From positions 524 through 64,523 of the forward strand of contig CAZDYU010000005.1 of assembly GCA_964509755.1 (NCBI GenBank): DNA of 64,000 nucleotides, in the 5' to 3' direction. This DNA is from an uncultured Terracidiphilus sp. Lineage in GTDB: Bacteria; Acidobacteriota; Terriglobia; Terriglobales; Acidobacteriaceae. Position numbers and translations under genes: made by a program. The notes under the pieces were generated by a model. That model had not been told where the DNA came from, searched no databases, and saw only the letters and a list, made by a program, of their open reading frames with translations. Shown here one piece after another: positions 49,135-63,420 of this stretch; position 1 is the first letter of the stretch; every line of letters starts with the position of its first letter.

Positions 49135-50118
49135 ATGACTAGACAGCTTACAGCACTTGTGGTTGGCGCGGCCTTTGCGGCAGCCGTTATGCAAGCGCAG
49201 CAGCCCGCCGCCGCGCCCGTTCCGTCCTCCGCGCCGGCTCCTGCCGCCCAACAGCCAGCCGACCAGGCCCCCGAGATGGCCGCCCACACTCTTCGTCTGG
49301 GCGTCAACGAAGTCAACCTCATCTTCACCGTGACCGACAAGCATGGCCATTACATTCCCAACCTGCAGCAGAGCGACTTTGCCCTGCTCGATGACCAGAA
49401 GGCACCGGCCAGCGTGAAGTCCTTCCGCCAGCAGATCAATCTGCCGCTCAGGGTCGGCGTCATCATCGATTCCAGCACCTCCATCCGCCAGCGTTTTCAG
49501 TTTGAACAGCAGGCGGCAACGGAGTTTCTGCTGGACATTCTCAAAGCGCAGAGCGACCGTGCCTTTGTGATGGACTTTGCCGAGACCCCCACCGTCGATC
49601 AGGATTGGACCAACAACATCGACGCCCTGGAGACCGGCGTGAATCGAATACATCCCGGCGGCGGAACAGCGCTCTTTGACGCTGTCTACACCGCCTGCCG
49701 CGACAAACTAATCGGCGAGCGCGGCCGCGATCCGGTGCGCAAGGCCATCGTGCTCATCTCCGACGGCGACGACGATCTGAGCCACGCCTACCAGGATGAT
49801 GCCATCAAGGAGTGCCAGCGCGCCGAAACCATCATCTACGCCATCAGCACCAACTGGACGCCTAGCCGCGGCAAAGGCGACCAGGTGTTGACCAAGATGG
49901 CCGAGGAGACCGGCGGGCAGGTCTTCTTCCCGCCCTCGGTCGAGGAGATGTCGGTGAGCTTCAAAAACATTGAAGAAGAGCTGCGCAGCCAGTACGCGCT
50001 CTCCTACACGCCGGCCGACTTCAAGGAAGATGGCGCATTCCGTCCCATCTATCTCTTCTGCAAAGACCGTCACTACCAGGCGCGCGCACGCGAGGGCTAC
50101 TTTGCGCCGCATCAGTAA
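49135..50118 (+). CDS. VWA domain-containing secreted protein
   Basis: IDSSTS MIDAS-like motif, GGTALFDA, ISDGDD, ETGG. Confidence 0.88.
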   Translation: MTRQLTALVVGAAFAAAVMQAQQPAAAPVPSSAPAPAAQQPADQAPEMAAHTLRLGVNEVNLIFTVTDKHGHYIPNLQQSDFALLDDQKAPASVKSFRQQINLPLRVGVIIDSSTSIRQRFQFEQQAATEFLLDILKAQSDRAFVMDFAETPTVDQDWTNNIDALETGVNRIHPGGGTALFDAVYTACRDKLIGERGRDPVRKAIVLISDGDDDLSHAYQDDAIKECQRAETIIYAISTNWTPSRGKGDQVLTKMAEETGGQVFFPPSVEEMSVSFKNIEEELRSQYALSYTPADFKEDGAFRPIYLFCKDRHYQARAREGYFAPHQ

Positions 50119-50139
50119 ACGCGGCTGCGAATCAGTTTG

Positions 50140-50176
50140 ACGCGAAGAGGGCGCTGCGGCGTCCTCTTTTGCGTTT
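50140..50176 (+). terminator. Putative terminator hairpin
   Basis: ACGCGAAGAGGGCGC-TGCG-GCGTCCTCTTTTGCGT. Confidence 0.6.
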
Positions 50177-50538
50177 CTGTGAGTCTCAATAGAGGCAATT
50201 GTGCCGGCCTGGGGCCGCCGCGCCACTCTATAGCAATCCTTCAGCCGTTTCTTTCAATAATTGCCAAAATTCCTGCCCTCGCTCCGTTTGAGGACATTTC
50301 CCGCGCACCTGTTCACATCCGTACAAGATTCGTATTCTTTCGATACAAGTCTCACGAATTCTCCCCAAAGCGCGATGAAATAGATGTTGGTAGCTCAAGA
50401 AATTCTCCTGGGCTTTGCCAGTGCGGGTTTTGCCTGCGCGGTATGTGGCTGGCTGCTGTTTTCCGCCACATCGGCTTCAAGGGAGCAACAGGGACCAGCC
50501 AGGCATCGGAAAGAATGCCTGGACAAGGGGGAGATCGG

Positions 50539-51243
50539 GTGATCCGGCAGGCCATATCGTGCGACATCTGTGGAACGGAGAAGCGTCAGACCAACCATTG
50601 GTTTGTCGCCTACGACCAGGGAGGCGAACTGCGCGTCAGTGAGTGGAACTCGCGCAACCGGCTTCGCCCGGAATCGAAGCATCTCTGTGGACAGACCTGC
50701 CTGCACAAGCTGGTGGATGAGTTCATGGCCCGGGCCATGCAGGCGCGCACGCCGCAGGCCGCAATCGAGGCCAGCGAAGCCCAGCTCGAGACGCGGCTTG
50801 AGGTCCAGACCGAGACGCGGCTCGATACGCGAAATGATACGCAGTTCGAATTCAGGCGTCCGCCCGCAGTCTCTGACATGAGCCTGACCTCGCGCCCAGT
50901 CTTCAAGAAGGTTGAAACACCCAAGCGGCAGACTCCGGAAAAAGCGCCCGCGATTCCCGTTCAACCAGCCGCGGCGATCCAGCCTGAGCGCCCATCGCAG
51001 AGACCAATTGAATTGGTGGTTGTGCCGGCCTCGACGCACATCCCAACCACTACGCACGTTCCAGCCACACCGCACATCCAGGTTCCTTCGCATATTGACG
51101 AGGCCGTGGCCGCCGCCGCCGACGAGCCGCCCCGCTATGCCTCGCGCAACTGGCACGCCGCGGCATGGGAGCGGGAGCGCGAAAGAGAATCGCGCGCCGG
51201 CGAGCGCCATTCCGGCCTCGGAATTCGCCGGCGTTTCAGTTAA
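50539..51243 (+). CDS. Hypothetical protein with N-terminal Cys/His zinc-finger-like domain
   Basis: GTG start after GGGGGAG; CDIC..HWF..HLCGQTCLH; low-complexity tail. Confidence 0.65.
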   Translation: MIRQAISCDICGTEKRQTNHWFVAYDQGGELRVSEWNSRNRLRPESKHLCGQTCLHKLVDEFMARAMQARTPQAAIEASEAQLETRLEVQTETRLDTRNDTQFEFRRPPAVSDMSLTSRPVFKKVETPKRQTPEKAPAIPVQPAAAIQPERPSQRPIELVVVPASTHIPTTTHVPATPHIQVPSHIDEAVAAAADEPPRYASRNWHAAAWERERERESRAGERHSGLGIRRRFS

Positions 51244-51405
51244 TTGCGTAAAAGTTTGATTGCATTAAAGTTGGTAAGCAAGTGGGGGTTGCCATGTGGA
51301 TGGATTTCCTTTTGGTTCTTTTGGCGATTTTGCCGTTGATGCCCTTGAGCCGCATTCGCAAGAGCAGCCAGTTAACCGCCGTCCGCGCTGAACTCAAGAC
51401 GCACT

Positions 51406-54654
<3,249 letters not shown>

Positions 54655-54793
54655 CTACAATGAAATAAATATTCACCCGATGAAAATTCCGGTTGACCCA
54701 AACGCTCCGGACCCGCAGAATGAAAGAGCGCCCTTGCCCGCGCCAAGCGCATTTGCGGCGGGCAAGGCCAGAATTCTGACTCCCGAGGTCTTC

Positions 54794-55330
54794 ATGCCCG
54801 CTTATCTGCTGCTGCTGGTTGCCGTCTTGAGCCGTGTGCTACCCCATCCGGGATGGCTTAACTTTACCGCGGTAGGCGGTGCATTGCTCTACTTCGGTGC
54901 GCGGCGCTCCTGGCGAGAGATGCTGGCCCCCATGGCCGCTCTTATGGCCACCGACTACTTCCTGACCGTCTACGCCTATCACTACAGCTTTCAGTGGCAG
55001 TTCTACGTCGCCACCTGGGCCTGGTACGGCATGGCGCTGGGGCTAGGCAGGATTCTGCTCTCCAGCCGCACCACCGTTCTGCGCGTAGGCGCGGGCGCGC
55101 TGCTGGGGCCGACATCTTTCTTTGTCGTCTCGAATTACGCGGTCTGGGCCATTGGCTGGATGTACCCGCACTCTCTTGCCGGCCTGGGCGCTTGCTACGT
55201 AGCGGCCGTGCCCTTCTATCGCAATGACCTGCTCTCTACTGCCGTCGTAGCCGGCCTGGCCTTTGGCCTTCCCGTGCTGGTGCGCCGCATGGCAGCGGCC
55301 CGGACGCAAGTAGCCATCGCCGGGAAGTAG
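54794..55330 (+). CDS. Putative membrane transport protein (DUF6580-like)
   Basis: SRVLPH..NFTAVGG.LLYFG, FFVVSN.AVW, YPHSLAGL.ACY.AA.PF; start uncertain. Confidence 0.72.
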   Translation: MPAYLLLLVAVLSRVLPHPGWLNFTAVGGALLYFGARRSWREMLAPMAALMATDYFLTVYAYHYSFQWQFYVATWAWYGMALGLGRILLSSRTTVLRVGAGALLGPTSFFVVSNYAVWAIGWMYPHSLAGLGACYVAAVPFYRNDLLSTAVVAGLAFGLPVLVRRMAAARTQVAIAGK

Positions 55331-55411
55331 CTTCCCAGACCAGAGTCTAAAGATCGAGCCTGTAAAAACATGGCTCAATCAGCGTAACTTCAACGACGAT
55401 GAAAGACTCAT

Positions 55412-55452
55412 TCGCATGGCAGGCCGGGGATTCATTCCCTGCCTGCCATGCG
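55412..55452. terminator. Strong hairpin between convergent genes
   Basis: CGCATGGCAGGC / GCCTGCCATGCG. Confidence 0.55.
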
Positions 55453-55676
55453 CATTTATTGTAGATATCGATTAATGCGGCGAGGCCACATATTAACCTG
55501 CGCCTCCACCTCACGCGTTTGAAGCTCAGCGCATTGCGGATTCCATTGGTTATCATCTGTTCTATATTGCAGTAGGCAGCATGTATGTCTTGCACATGTG
55601 CAGAGATCGAACGATAGAGCAAACAGAATCTTCATGCGATCTGAAAATCCATCGAACCAACAGTTAGGTTTGCGAT

Positions 55677-56450
55677 TCAGTCGTGCAGCACTACGTTGAC
55701 CAATGAACTGTTGATTTGCATTCCGCTGCCGTTGTAGTCGATATAACCGAGTTCGCGAAAGCGATTGAGGAAGAAACTGACACGGGATCTGGTGGTGCCT
55801 ATCATCTCCGACAGGGTCTCCTGACTGATCTTGGCGATGACGGGAATGGGCTTTGAATCCTGGCCGAAGTTGGCCATCAACATCAGCAAACGGGCAAGCC
55901 GCTTTTCGCTGGAATTGAATAAATGATCGACGAGATCGGCTTCCATGCGGATATTTCTGGTGAGCAGGTGGGCGAGGAATTGCTCGGCGAACTCCGGCTC
56001 GCGATGAAGCAGATTTTGCATGACTGTCTTCTCAATGCGAAGGATGGTTGTAGTTTCAAGCGCGTACGCAGAGGAGATGCGCAGCTTCTGACCTGCCAGG
56101 GAAGCTTCACCGAAGAAGCTGGCCGCTGGTAGATGAGAGATTACAGCTTCCTTGCCGTTCATCGATACGACGGTGAGTTTTATCTTGCCACTCTGAATGT
56201 AGAAAACCGCATTGGCCGTGTCGCCTTGCGAAAATATGGATTCGCCGGCCAGGTATTCGCGCCGCGATCTGCCGGCCATAAGCTTGTTGAGCGGAATCTG
56301 AAGATCGAATGCAGGCCCCTGCTCCGGTGAAGCGCTCATCTTGTCCGGAACGACCTTCAACCCATGATGCGCGATCGTGGGCAAGGGAAACGAACGGTCC
56401 AGCGGAATCCTCGGTGCGGTACTTGTCATCGTAGCGAAGCTAGTAGCCAT
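55677..56450 (-). CDS. Crp/Fnr-family transcriptional regulator
   Basis: cNMP domain IFSQGD..FYIQSG..FFGE; HTH ISQETLSEMIGTTRSRVS. Confidence 0.92.
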   Translation of the reverse strand: MATSFATMTSTAPRIPLDRSFPLPTIAHHGLKVVPDKMSASPEQGPAFDLQIPLNKLMAGRSRREYLAGESIFSQGDTANAVFYIQSGKIKLTVVSMNGKEAVISHLPAASFFGEASLAGQKLRISSAYALETTTILRIEKTVMQNLLHREPEFAEQFLAHLLTRNIRMEADLVDHLFNSSEKRLARLLMLMANFGQDSKPIPVIAKISQETLSEMIGTTRSRVSFFLNRFRELGYIDYNGSGMQINSSLVNVVLHD

Positions 56451-57322
56451 GTTCGATACCTTTCAATCTAACTGAGGGAGTGCAAGAGGATGAATTACCG
56501 TCATCCTTTGCAGCGTCGATATAACTACCTTACGAAGTTACAAAGGTGTTGAATATAGGCAAAGGATGTTATTGCTGTAGGCTTTGATGCGTGAAGTTTG
56601 TAGGATTCTTCTTACCCGGATAAGTTGCCTGACTCGATTGTTCTGAAGCTGACGAGTTGACTTCGGCAGGCAGCTTAGAACATTTTGAAGGTTTCTATCA
56701 GGCTGGCATCCGGCTATCTCAGGCTATTGATCCGGCCCAAAAATAGAGTGTAGGTATCCCACCCATTCCGCGGTAAAACTGCGGAATGGATGGGCACCCG
56801 GCATTTACAGCATCCAAGAAAAAATCTTGGCGAAAGACAGTCAAATACCGCTAAAGGCGAAGGCATGGCGAACGATTATTTAGCGAATAAGCTCTATTAA
56901 ATGAATGACTTGATCTTGCTTGGCGAAGGAAAAGGGAATCTAAAAAGGGCGTTTTTTGCGTTTTTTCTATTCAACTTGTTGATAATAGGCATGTTAACTT
57001 TTATAGCCTACGCTAAAAGCGAAGTTCCGGTGAATCTATTCCTGAGATATTGTCGCTATCTTGTTGATAACAAACAAATCGACTGGCTCAAAAAGCGTGC
57101 AATTATTTATCTTGCTTATAATCAGTTAGTTGACTGTTTCAACCGGGAGAGTTCCGGCTTGGCCGAGGCGGCAGCGAACGTCTGACATCTACTTACAACA
57201 ACGTTGGAATGGCCGGGAGCGTGAGTGCCGTCCCTCCAGGACTCCGGTGCATTCAAGGTGACGCCTTCCCCACGCTGAAGCGCGGGGCTAGCAACCATTG
57301 CGCCTACGGTGCGGGGGGTGAG

Positions 57323-57430
57323 GCTGCTGCTGGTGACTGGTCTGCTGCCGGTGAAGGGCTGCTGCTGGTGACTGGGCTGCTGCTGGTGACTGGGCTGCTG
57401 CTGGTGACTGGGCTGCTGCTGGCGACGGGG
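57323..57430. repeat. 18-bp tandem repeat GCTGCTGCTGGTGACTGG, about 6 units
   Basis: Direct reading; three consecutive identical central units, degenerate second and last units. Confidence 0.85.
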
Positions 57431-57901
57431 CGGGTTGGATGGCGTTGGACATGGTTTTTCGGAGCGGCGGAATTATCTGGCCGCTTTTCTCTATTGTCCA
57501 GGATGTGGTGGTAATTATCCGCAAAAAGTTTGGTGCGAATGTTAGAGCATTTTGGGAAATTGTGTATGTCGGAATTTTGCAGGTTTGCCACCGATTCCGC
57601 AGGAAAGCGCGGACTGGATGGGGCACGGAAGTTTATAGAAAAAACTAAAATGCTTTAGGCGATGGGATTTGCGCGGTCTCAACCTAACCGCAAAAACAAG
57701 AACTCGGCGAGGATGGGCACCCAGGCGGTGGGCGACTGATACAAAGCAGTTGGTTGGGGATCGTGCTGTCCCTGATCGCAAAACCTGGCTCTCTACCCCT
57801 TGGGCGAAGAGCTGTTCGTGGGGGCCTTGGACTTAAGGAACCCACGATTATAGGAGAATCAAGGGTGCATTGACCGGGTACATCGTCACACGGTCAAAGA
57901 C

Positions 57902-58303
57902 TTAGTTTGCAAGCGGATTCCGCGGGAACTTTGCTCCGCTTTCAATGATTTTCTTGATCGCCGGCACCAGATCTTCCGAGGCGCTGTTCTTGTTGACATA
58001 TTCGCTAGCGCCAGCGCGCAGACAGCGCAGCGCATACTGGCTCTCAGCCTGTACGCTGACCATGATCACGGGAAGCGTAGAGTAGAGAAGCTTTACGTCC
58101 TTCAGCACCTCAAACCCACTTCGCCCCGGCATATTGATGTCGAGCAACAGTACATCGGGTTGAAACAGGATCAACTGAGAAAGCACTTCATCCCCGTTGG
58201 CGGCTTCAGAGAATTGCACGCCTGAGAATGCATCGCCCAGGAGCTCTCTGAGGCCGCGCCGCACGTTCGCATGATCGTCCGCTATCAGAATATTCATAGT
58301 CAT
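57902..58303 (-). CDS. Stand-alone response regulator receiver
   Basis: ILIADDH, LLDINMPG, YVNK; no output domain. Confidence 0.88.
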   Translation of the reverse strand: MTMNILIADDHANVRRGLRELLGDAFSGVQFSEAANGDEVLSQLILFQPDVLLLDINMPGRSGFEVLKDVKLLYSTLPVIMVSVQAESQYALRCLRAGASEYVNKNSASEDLVPAIKKIIESGAKFPRNPLAN

Positions 58304-58440
58304 TTCTTTTTACCGTTTCCTGACTTCGACCTGAAACTACGTTACTTGAACTTACAACGATGCGAAATCAGCATAATCCGTAAATTTTGTAGGGTTTGTA
58401 CGATAACCGTGTAGGGGGATTCCTACATGGGCAGCAAAGC

Positions 58441-59070
58441 TCAATCGATCAGCCCCTGCGTCATGGCGTAGCGGGTAAGCTCGGCATTGCTCTTCATTTG
58501 CATCTTCTCCATGATGCGCGCCCGATAGGTGCTGATCGTCTTTACGCTGACATGAAGCCTTTCTCCAATTTCCGTCAACGAGATCCCGGCGGCGATCATT
58601 CTCATCACTTCGTGCTCCCGGTCCGAGAGCAACTCATGCAAGGGCTTGTCGAGGGGTTCGTCCAGATTGGCAACCAGCTTCTCCGCGAGGCTGGGACTGA
58701 TGTAGTGTCCGCCGCTCAGGATCTTCCTGGTCGCGATCGCCAGCTCTTCCGGAGCGCTTTCCTTGTTGATATAGGCGGCTGCTCCAGCGCGCAGGCAGCG
58801 AACGGCATATTGGTCCTCAGGATGAACACTCAGTATGATCACCGGCAACCGCTGGTATGCCTGCTTTACATCCCGCAACACGTCCATTCCGCTGCGCCCA
58901 GGCATGTTGATATCCAGGACCAGCAAGGCGGTTTTGGATTTACTTAATTGGCTCAGCACCTCATCGCCGTTGCCGGCTTCAGAAAAATCCGCGCCTGGCA
59001 CGGCATCGGTGAGTATCTCCCTCAAACCCCGGCGCACTACGCCATGGTCATCGGCAATCAGGATGTGCAT
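58441..59070 (-). CDS. NarL/LuxR-family response regulator
   Basis: Receiver plus LSDREHEVM..LHVSVKTISTYR HTH. Confidence 0.95.
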   Translation of the reverse strand: MHILIADDHGVVRRGLREILTDAVPGADFSEAGNGDEVLSQLSKSKTALLVLDINMPGRSGMDVLRDVKQAYQRLPVIILSVHPEDQYAVRCLRAGAAAYINKESAPEELAIATRKILSGGHYISPSLAEKLVANLDEPLDKPLHELLSDREHEVMRMIAAGISLTEIGERLHVSVKTISTYRARIMEKMQMKSNAELTRYAMTQGLID

Positions 59071-61157
59071 AATTCGCTCCTCTCGGTGCGCGGAATATCC
59101 ACGGGAACGCGGACAGTGACCGTCGTTCCGTTGCCTGGGGAACTGGAGATCTGCACGTCTCCTCCGCAGTATTGCGCTCGTTCTTTCATGCCCAGCAGCC
59201 CCAAAGATCCAAGAGAGTTCGAGAAGCCGGATTCATGGAAGCCAATTCCGTCGTCCTCTACAATCAGCAGAATGCTCTCCTCTTCCTGGCATAAATCAAC
59301 ACGAACCGACTTAGCCTGCGCGTGGCGAATCACATTGGTCAGGCACTCCTGAAAGATACGGAAGGTCGCGGTGGCACGGTCGCCATCCAAGTGTAAATCA
59401 ACAGGGGGAACAGAGACCTGGCAGCGGACGCCATTGCGGGAGGTAAACTCGCTGGCCTGCCATTCAATGGCCGCCGCCAGGCCCAGATCGTCCAGAACTC
59501 CGGGACGAAGACCGCTGCATATCGCACGCACCGCCTTGACGCCATCGTTGATTAACTGAATCGATTCATTGAGCCGGGTGAGCACCTCGCTCTCCGACTC
59601 CGGCAGATGACGAGTCATCCACGTCATATCCATTTTGATTGAAGTCAAAATCTGCCCGATTTGATCGTGCAAGTCGCGAGCAACCTGCTTTCGATCCTCT
59701 TCGCGCACCATTTGCAGGCGATCGGCCAGCGCACGAAGCTGTTCCCTCTGCAATACAAGGGATTCTTCATTCCGCTTTCGTTCAGTAATATCGCTGTTGA
59801 CAACCAGTACGCGCGGCGCCTGGTCGCGCTTGCCCCATTGCAATGCCCATCGGCCAGCGACTACAACGCGCCTGCCGTCCTTCGCGATCTTGACAAGGTC
59901 TCCCTCCCAGTGCCCCACTTGCATCAATTGATCTCTAATCTCAGTGAATGACAGCGGGAACACAGTGTATAGCAAATCATGCGCAATCTTGCCGGCAGCC
60001 TCAGCTTTGGTATATCCCAGCATAGCCTCCGCCCCGCGGCTCCAAAACAGAACCTTTCCTTCCATGTCGATCACAAATACGGAATCCTGAGTTAATTCCA
60101 GCAAGGCGGCTTGTTCGGCGGTGTCAATCTGTTCCTGCCGCCTTTCAGATACATCGCGGAAAATCAGCACAACGCCAATGACTTTTTCTTTGCCTGCAAG
60201 GATGGGCGCGGCGCTGTGCTCAACCGCGATTTCTCTCCCGTCCCTTGTCACCAGATCCACATGATTGGCTACAGCCAGAATCCGCTTCTCTTTGAGCACG
60301 CGCAGCACTTCATTGTCCGCGGTCATTCCCGACTTTTCATTAATAAGCTTGAGCACATTGCCAATGGGCTGGTTAAGTGCTTCCTCCGGCTGCCATCCAG
60401 TCAGTGAAGCGGCAATTGTATTCAGAAAGGTGACGCGAGCCTCGCTGTCCGTCGCTATAACAGCTTCGCCAATGCTGCCCAGAGTCGCGGTCCAGCGCTC
60501 CTCGCTTTGCAAGAGCTTGGTGCCCATTTTTTCGACGTTGTAGCGAGTGAACAAGGCCAGGAAAACTCCCACGCCCAAGCCCAAGCCAAGGAAGCTGATC
60601 ACCATCGCGGTCCATCGCAGGTGCGCGGCTTGAACACGCTCGACACGCAGTCCCGCTTCCACATTTTGAAACTGCAATATCTGCCCTCGAAGGGCATCCA
60701 TTTTGAGTTTTCCCTGCTGGTTCTCATAGAGAGTAGGGTCGGCTTTTCCCGCGCGGCGAAGGGAGATGATTTTACCGGCGTATCCTTCCCACTCCACATA
60801 GCCGGTATGAAAGCCCTTCAACCGCTGTTGCTGCTGAGGAAGATTGACGCCCACCATTCCATACAATGCCTGGTATTCGGGTTCGAAGCTCTTCTTACCC
60901 TCCATATAAGGTTGAAGGAAGCTCGCGTCGCCGGTGGCGATGTATCCGCGCGTTCCGGATTCCATGTCCACCAGCAACATGAGAAGATGACTGGATTGGT
61001 CGAGAACCTGATCGGTATGGTCAACCGACTGCAAGGCTCGGTTCAAGTCATAGGTTTCCCACAACAGCAGGATCGCCAGGGCGGCGGTGATCCCCATGGG
61101 AACCAGAATCATCTGGCGGAGCAGCGATTTTAATTTCGAGTATTCCATCGTAACCAA
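59058..61157 (-). CDS. CHASE3-PAS-PAS HisKA_3 sensor histidine kinase
   Basis: CHASE3 DMESGTRGY..FLQPY; two PAS domains; ARDLHDQIGQ; QECLTNVIRHA; DDGIGF. Confidence 0.92.
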   Translation of the reverse strand: MVTMEYSKLKSLLRQMILVPMGITAALAILLLWETYDLNRALQSVDHTDQVLDQSSHLLMLLVDMESGTRGYIATGDASFLQPYMEGKKSFEPEYQALYGMVGVNLPQQQQRLKGFHTGYVEWEGYAGKIISLRRAGKADPTLYENQQGKLKMDALRGQILQFQNVEAGLRVERVQAAHLRWTAMVISFLGLGLGVGVFLALFTRYNVEKMGTKLLQSEERWTATLGSIGEAVIATDSEARVTFLNTIAASLTGWQPEEALNQPIGNVLKLINEKSGMTADNEVLRVLKEKRILAVANHVDLVTRDGREIAVEHSAAPILAGKEKVIGVVLIFRDVSERRQEQIDTAEQAALLELTQDSVFVIDMEGKVLFWSRGAEAMLGYTKAEAAGKIAHDLLYTVFPLSFTEIRDQLMQVGHWEGDLVKIAKDGRRVVVAGRWALQWGKRDQAPRVLVVNSDITERKRNEESLVLQREQLRALADRLQMVREEDRKQVARDLHDQIGQILTSIKMDMTWMTRHLPESESEVLTRLNESIQLINDGVKAVRAICSGLRPGVLDDLGLAAAIEWQASEFTSRNGVRCQVSVPPVDLHLDGDRATATFRIFQECLTNVIRHAQAKSVRVDLCQEEESILLIVEDDGIGFHESGFSNSLGSLGLLGMKERAQYCGGDVQISSSPGNGTTVTVRVPVDIPRTERSELCTS

Positions 61158-61707
61158 CCACTCCTATCCAAAGGGCGAACCGGCCAAATTTCGTTAATCA
61201 CACGGTGCCCGAGCAGTTCCTTTTTGCGATCCAGCGAAAAAGAGTAAGTTGCAATTCTTTGAGAACACCGGATTCTTTTCAGTTGGTGATTCGGTTGTTT
61301 GGCTATCTTGCCATTTAGGCGACGCCAATCAACCTTGGTGGTCAATTTGCAAAAAGAAGACGGAGCCGATGGCATCCCTCTGCGAGAAGAAGTATGCACA
61401 TGGAGATGACCTGCCCGCAGGGACGCCTGTTTCAGGATTGCACAAACCCATGCAAAGGGCTGTTCAATATAGCTCACCCGATTCAAATAGTTTTGTGCAA
61501 TGCTCGGTTCGCGCCAGTAACTCCAGTCGGGAATGATTCCGAAATAAAAGGACGTTTCTTTCGGCGATGTCAAGCCAGTTGCAGCGGGAAAGCGGCATTG
61601 CGGCCTTGACCGTGCGCCGGCATCAAAGGCAAAAATCCGCATCGTCCCAAATCCGGATTTCTGGAATCTCGTCTTCGCTCTCGAAAAGAATTTATAATAT
61701 CTTAGCC

Positions 61708-63420
61708 ATGACCAACGTAAATTCAGAAAGCCAAGCCGCCGCCACTCCCTCCAACTTTCTCCGCGAGATCATCGCTGAAGATGTGCGCACCGAAAAATAC
61801 GGCGACGGTGTCGTCCAGACCCGCTTTCCTCCCGAGCCCAACGGCTATCTGCACATCGGCCACGCCAAGGCCATCTGCATCGACTTTGGTCTTGCGGATG
61901 AATTTGGCGGAAAGACCAATCTGCGCTTCGACGACACCAACCCTGAAAAAGAAGAGCAGGAATATGTCGATTCCATTATGGCGGACGTGCGCTGGCTGGG
62001 CTTCGACTGGGAGCGCCTTTGCTATGCTTCGGATTATTTTGGCCAGCTCTATGAGTGGGCCATCCAACTGGTCAAGGCCGGCAAAGCTTACGTAGACGAC
62101 CTCACGGCAGACGAGATTCGCCAGCACCGCGGCACCCTCACAGAGCCAGGCAAAGACAGCCCATATCGCACCCGGAGCATCGAGGAGAATCTTGATCTCT
62201 TCACCCGCATGAAGGCCGGCGAATTCCCCGACGGCAGCCGCGTGCTGCGCGCCAAGATCGACATGAGTTCGCCAAATCTGAATATGCGCGACCCGGTGAT
62301 GTATCGCATCCTGCACGCCACGCACCATCGCACCGGCGATGAATGGTGCATCTATCCGATGTACGACTACGCGCACGGCCAGTCGGATTCGCTGGAGCGC
62401 GTCACACACTCCATGTGTACTTTGGAATTTACCGACCACCAGCCGCTTTATCGCTGGTATATCGAGCAGCTTGGCATCTTCCCGACGCAGCAGATTGAAT
62501 TCGACCGCCTCAACATCACCTACACCATGCTCAGCAAGCGCAAGCTGCTGCAACTGGTGCAGGAGAAGCGCGTCAGCGGTTGGGACGATCCCCGCATGCC
62601 CACCCTCTGCGGTATCCGCCGCCTTGGTTTTACTCCGGAGGCCATCCGCGCCTTTGTTGCCGCCAGCGGCGTCTCGCGCACCAATGGCAGTACAGATATA
62701 GAAATGCTGCAGCACTTTCAGCGCGACGATCTCAACCGGAGAGCGAGCCGCGCCATGGCCGTGCTGCACCCGCTCAAGCTGGTCATCGATAACTACCCGG
62801 CAGGGCAGTCGGAGCTGGTCGAGGTCGCGAACAATCCCGAAGACCCCGCAGCGGGTACGCGCCAGGTTCCTTTTTCCGGTGAGATTTTCATCGAGCAGGA
62901 CGACTTCCGCGAGGTACCGCCGCCCAAGTACTATCGCCTCTCGCCGGGCAAGGAAGTGCGCCTGCGCAATGCCTATTTTGTAACTTCGCAGAGCGTGGTG
63001 AAAGACGCGGACGGCAACATCGTGGAGGTGCACTGCACCTACGATCCGGCCAGCCGCGGCGGCAACTCGCCCGACGGACGCAAGGTCAAGTCCACGATGC
63101 ACTGGGTCTCGGCCGCACACGCCATCTCTGCTGAAATTCGTCTCTTCGACAAGCTCTTCGCCAAGGCCGATCCCTATGACTTGGAAGAAGGTCAGGACGT
63201 GCTCGAAAATCTCAACCCCAACTCGCTGGAGGTTCTCACTGGCGCCAAGCTGGAGCCTTCCCTGGCCGACGCCAAGTTAGAGGACCGCTTCCAGTTTGAG
63301 CGAGTGGGATACTTCTGTCTCGATCCCGATTCGACGCCCGGCAATCTGGTTTTTAACCGGACGCTGCCGCTGAAAGACTCCTGGGCCAAAATCGAGAACA
63401 AGGCTGGGAAGAAGGCCTGA
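61708..63420 (+). CDS. glnS: Glutamine--tRNA ligase
   Basis: [39 protein letters not shown]. Confidence 0.96.
   Translation: MTNVNSESQAAATPSNFLREIIAEDVRTEKYGDGVVQTRFPPEPNGYLHIGHAKAICIDFGLADEFGGKTNLRFDDTNPEKEEQEYVDSIMADVRWLGFDWERLCYASDYFGQLYEWAIQLVKAGKAYVDDLTADEIRQHRGTLTEPGKDSPYRTRSIEENLDLFTRMKAGEFPDGSRVLRAKIDMSSPNLNMRDPVMYRILHATHHRTGDEWCIYPMYDYAHGQSDSLERVTHSMCTLEFTDHQPLYRWYIEQLGIFPTQQIEFDRLNITYTMLSKRKLLQLVQEKRVSGWDDPRMPTLCGIRRLGFTPEAIRAFVAASGVSRTNGSTDIEMLQHFQRDDLNRRASRAMAVLHPLKLVIDNYPAGQSELVEVANNPEDPAAGTRQVPFSGEIFIEQDDFREVPPPKYYRLSPGKEVRLRNAYFVTSQSVVKDADGNIVEVHCTYDPASRGGNSPDGRKVKSTMHWVSAAHAISAEIRLFDKLFAKADPYDLEEGQDVLENLNPNSLEVLTGAKLEPSLADAKLEDRFQFERVGYFCLDPDSTPGNLVFNRTLPLKDSWAKIENKAGKKA

Noticed and set aside
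57323..57430. Possible CRISPR array
   Set aside because: Contiguous tandem units without unique spacers; no cas genes in the window
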